This document shows, piece after piece, positions 53,204 through 55,428 of a DNA stretch of 55,428 nucleotides. The notes below the pieces were generated by a model. It was given only the letters and a program-made list of their open reading frames with translations, did no database searches and was not told the origin of the DNA. Made by a program: the position numbers and the translations under genes. Within the stretch, counting starts at the first letter, position 1. Each line of letters begins with the position of its first letter. This DNA is from Prorocentrum cordatum (Eukaryota), in the NCBI GenBank assembly GCA_963575745.1, contig CAUYUJ010000160.1:62001-117428 (forward strand), written 5' to 3'.

Positions 53204-53303
53204 GGAGGAGGAGGATGAGGAGGAGGAGGAGGAAGGGGAGGAGGAGGGGGAGGAGGAGGAGGAGGAGGAGGAGGAGGAGGAGGAGGAGGAGGAGGAGGAG
53301 GAG
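53204..53303. repeat. (GGA)n microsatellite at the element 5' flank
   Basis: Direct reading. Confidence 0.95.
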
Positions 53304-53659
53304 GCGGCTATTTTAGGTTGAGGACTGGGGGGGTGTTATTGTTGGAGTCGCGCAGGCGAGGGGGTGGAGGTGGGCGGGGGGAGGGGGCTGTGTGCATTAG
53401 CGCGCTCGCGCCAGGGTGTGAGTTGTTTGGTTTTGGGGGTGGCACTTTTAGCGCGGGGGGGAGGGGAGGGCCTATAAGGCGGGGGGCTCCTGGGGACAGT
53501 GCCACGGGGGCTCGCGGGCTTCTGCGGCCAGAGGCCCCAGGGAAGCCAGGGCCGGGAGGGGAGGGCTCTGAAGAGCGGGCAGGAGAAATCAACATCCCAG
53601 ACGCTCTTCCGGACGATCGTTCCGGGCGCAACAAAAAAGAAAACAGACATGATCTTGGA

Positions 53660-53935
53660 AAGGATGCAACAAAAAATGCGCGGCCGATGTCGGTCGCCTG
53701 AAAGAAGGCAACAAAAGTACGCGGCAGAATTGGATTTTAAAAGGACTGCAAAAAGAATGCGCGGACGCCTGCAAACATCATGCAACAGAATGCGCGGCCG
53801 AAGTCGGCCGCCTGAAAGAATGCAGAAATACTGCAGAAAGAGTGCTGAAAAGAATGCACAAATAATGCGCGGCCGAAGTCGGCCGCCTGAAAGAATGCAG
53901 AAATACTGCAGAAAGAGTGCTGAAAAGAATGCACG
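53660..53935. repeat. 75 bp tandem repeat (2 near-exact copies plus diverged ones), aagaatgc-rich
   Basis: aatgcgcggccgaagtc at 53789 and 53864; diverged unit at about 53675. Confidence 0.88.
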
Positions 53936-55165
53936 AATCCGCCGGCCCCCTTGTGGGGCCACCAGGCTGTAGGCGGGGCTTTTTGCCGCAGTTGTCTCAT
54001 GCTTTCTCAACCTTTGTTTTGCCAGTTGTTAGTCTTGTGTGGTTTCAGTGTTACATGTTTCTTGCTTCTTGCTGGTTACTGTAACTAGTGATTGATCGCG
54101 TCGAGGGGGGTGGAGGTCCAAACGGTGATTCTTTTAGCTCCCCTTGTGCGTTGTCTGAATTGCTGGGGGGGGCTCGAAATCGACACCCCTCACGCAGATC
54201 CGCGAGGTCAGGGTCCAAAAACACAAGGAATTTGCTACATTTCTGACATTCGGTGCCACCCCTCACGCAGATCCGCGGGGTCAGGGTCCAAAAACACAAG
54301 GGATTTGCCACATTTCTGAAATTCGGCGCCACCCCTTAAGCAGATCCGCGGGGTCAGGGTCCAAAAACACAAAGGATTTGCAACATTTCTGAAATTCGGT
54401 GCCACCCCTCACGCAGATCCGCGGGGTCAGGGTCCAAAAACACAACGGATTTGCCACATTTCTTAAATTCGGTGCCACCCCTCACGCAGATCCGCGGGCG
54501 CAGATCCGCGGAGTCCAAAAACACAAAGGGTTTGCCACATTTCTGAAATTCGGTGCCACCTCTCACGCAGATCCGCGGGGTCAGGGTCCAAAAACACATG
54601 GGATTTGCCACATTTCTGAAATTCGGTGCCACCTCTCACGCAGATCCGCGGGGTCAGGGTCCAAAAACACATGGGATTTGCCACATTTCTGAAATTCGGT
54701 GCCACCCCTCACGCAGATCCGCGGGGTCAGGGTCCAAAAACACAACGGATTTGCCACATTTCTGAAATTCGGTGCCACCCCTCACGCAGATCCGCGGGGT
54801 CAGGGTCCAAAAACACATGGGATTTGCTACATATCTGAAATTTGGTGCCACCCCTCACGCAGATCCGCGGGGTCAGGGTCCAAAAACACAACGGATTTGC
54901 CACATTTCTGAAATTCGGTGCCACCCCTCACGCAGATCCGCGGGGTCAGGGTCCAAAAACACAAGGGATTTGCCACATTTCTGAAATTCGGTGCCACCCC
55001 TCACGCAGATCCGCGGGGTCAGGGTCCAAAAACACAGGGGATTTGCCACATTTCTGTAATTCGGTGCCACCCCTCACGCAGATCCGCGGGGTCAGGGTGT
55101 TAATAAACGCATGTGGGTATGTGTGCTCACATTTCTGAAATTCGGTGCCACCCCTCACGCACATC
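53936..55165 (-). mobile_element. Non-autonomous element, copy D, carrying the 73 bp array
   Basis: Minus-strand GTGAGGGGTGTCG at 54181-54193; terminal ggcccc-acaag-ggggcc-ggcggatt ending at 53936. Confidence 0.55.
54184..55161. repeat. 73 bp satellite, ~13 highly similar copies
   Basis: Unit gccacccctcacgcagatccgcggggtcagggtccaaaaacacaacggatttgccacatttctgaaattcggt; ORF starts are offset by exactly 73. Confidence 0.98.
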
Positions 55166-55428
55166 CATCGCAAGGCGTGGTAACCCAAACTGCGAGTACT
55201 CCCTCGGCCCTATAATCCCAAGGTGTGGTAACCAAGCTCGTAAACCATACACGTCTTACCAATCGCCCTGTGTGGTAACCCCTCTTGTGATCAGTTGGTT
55301 TTGCCGATTGCGAATCGGCCTCGCATGAAGTTCCGATACTGCTGCACGACAGCGCCAAAGCCTCATGACTTAGCTCTTCCATGGCCCATTCTCCGAGAGA
55401 GGGGGCCGGCGGCAGGGGGCAAAGCCCT

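Noticed and set aside
53565..53600. Possible hammerhead ribozyme core (ctgaaga...gaaa)
   Set aside because: No stem II pairing between the core motifs.
54184..55161. CRISPR-like regular array
   Set aside because: Units are near-identical along their full length, with no unique spacers and no cas genes; it is a satellite.

Overview
Repeat-dominated eukaryotic genomic DNA with no recognisable host gene, rRNA, tRNA or CRISPR array. A 19/22 match to the dinoflagellate spliced leader (41697-41718), together with the GC-rich, microsatellite-laden texture, points to a dinoflagellate; this is an inference, not a database result. Most ORFs in the track are artefacts of microsatellites and tandem repeats. 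The real coding content is retrotransposon-derived. (1) A near-complete, recently inactivated minus-strand non-LTR element at ~46.85-53.2 kb, with ORF1 and an APE-RT-Zn finger-RNase H ORF2 broken by two stops and one frameshift. (2) An older, diverged relative at 41.7-44.6 kb that keeps the 5' half and ends at an antisense spliced-leader relic. (3) A degraded RTE-like element at ~15.8-20.1 kb with RNase H between endonuclease and RT. (4) An RTE C-terminal fragment at ~9.9 kb. Non-coding structure includes a dense cluster of MITE/foldback elements with readable TSDs (25-36 kb), many minisatellites and a probable Helitron 3' end. Five dispersed non-autonomous elements share an internal GTGAGGGGTG motif and a terminal hairpin plus GGYGG(G)ATT-like end while carrying different tandem arrays. 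All alignments were done by eye, so boundaries are approximate unless TSDs are quoted.
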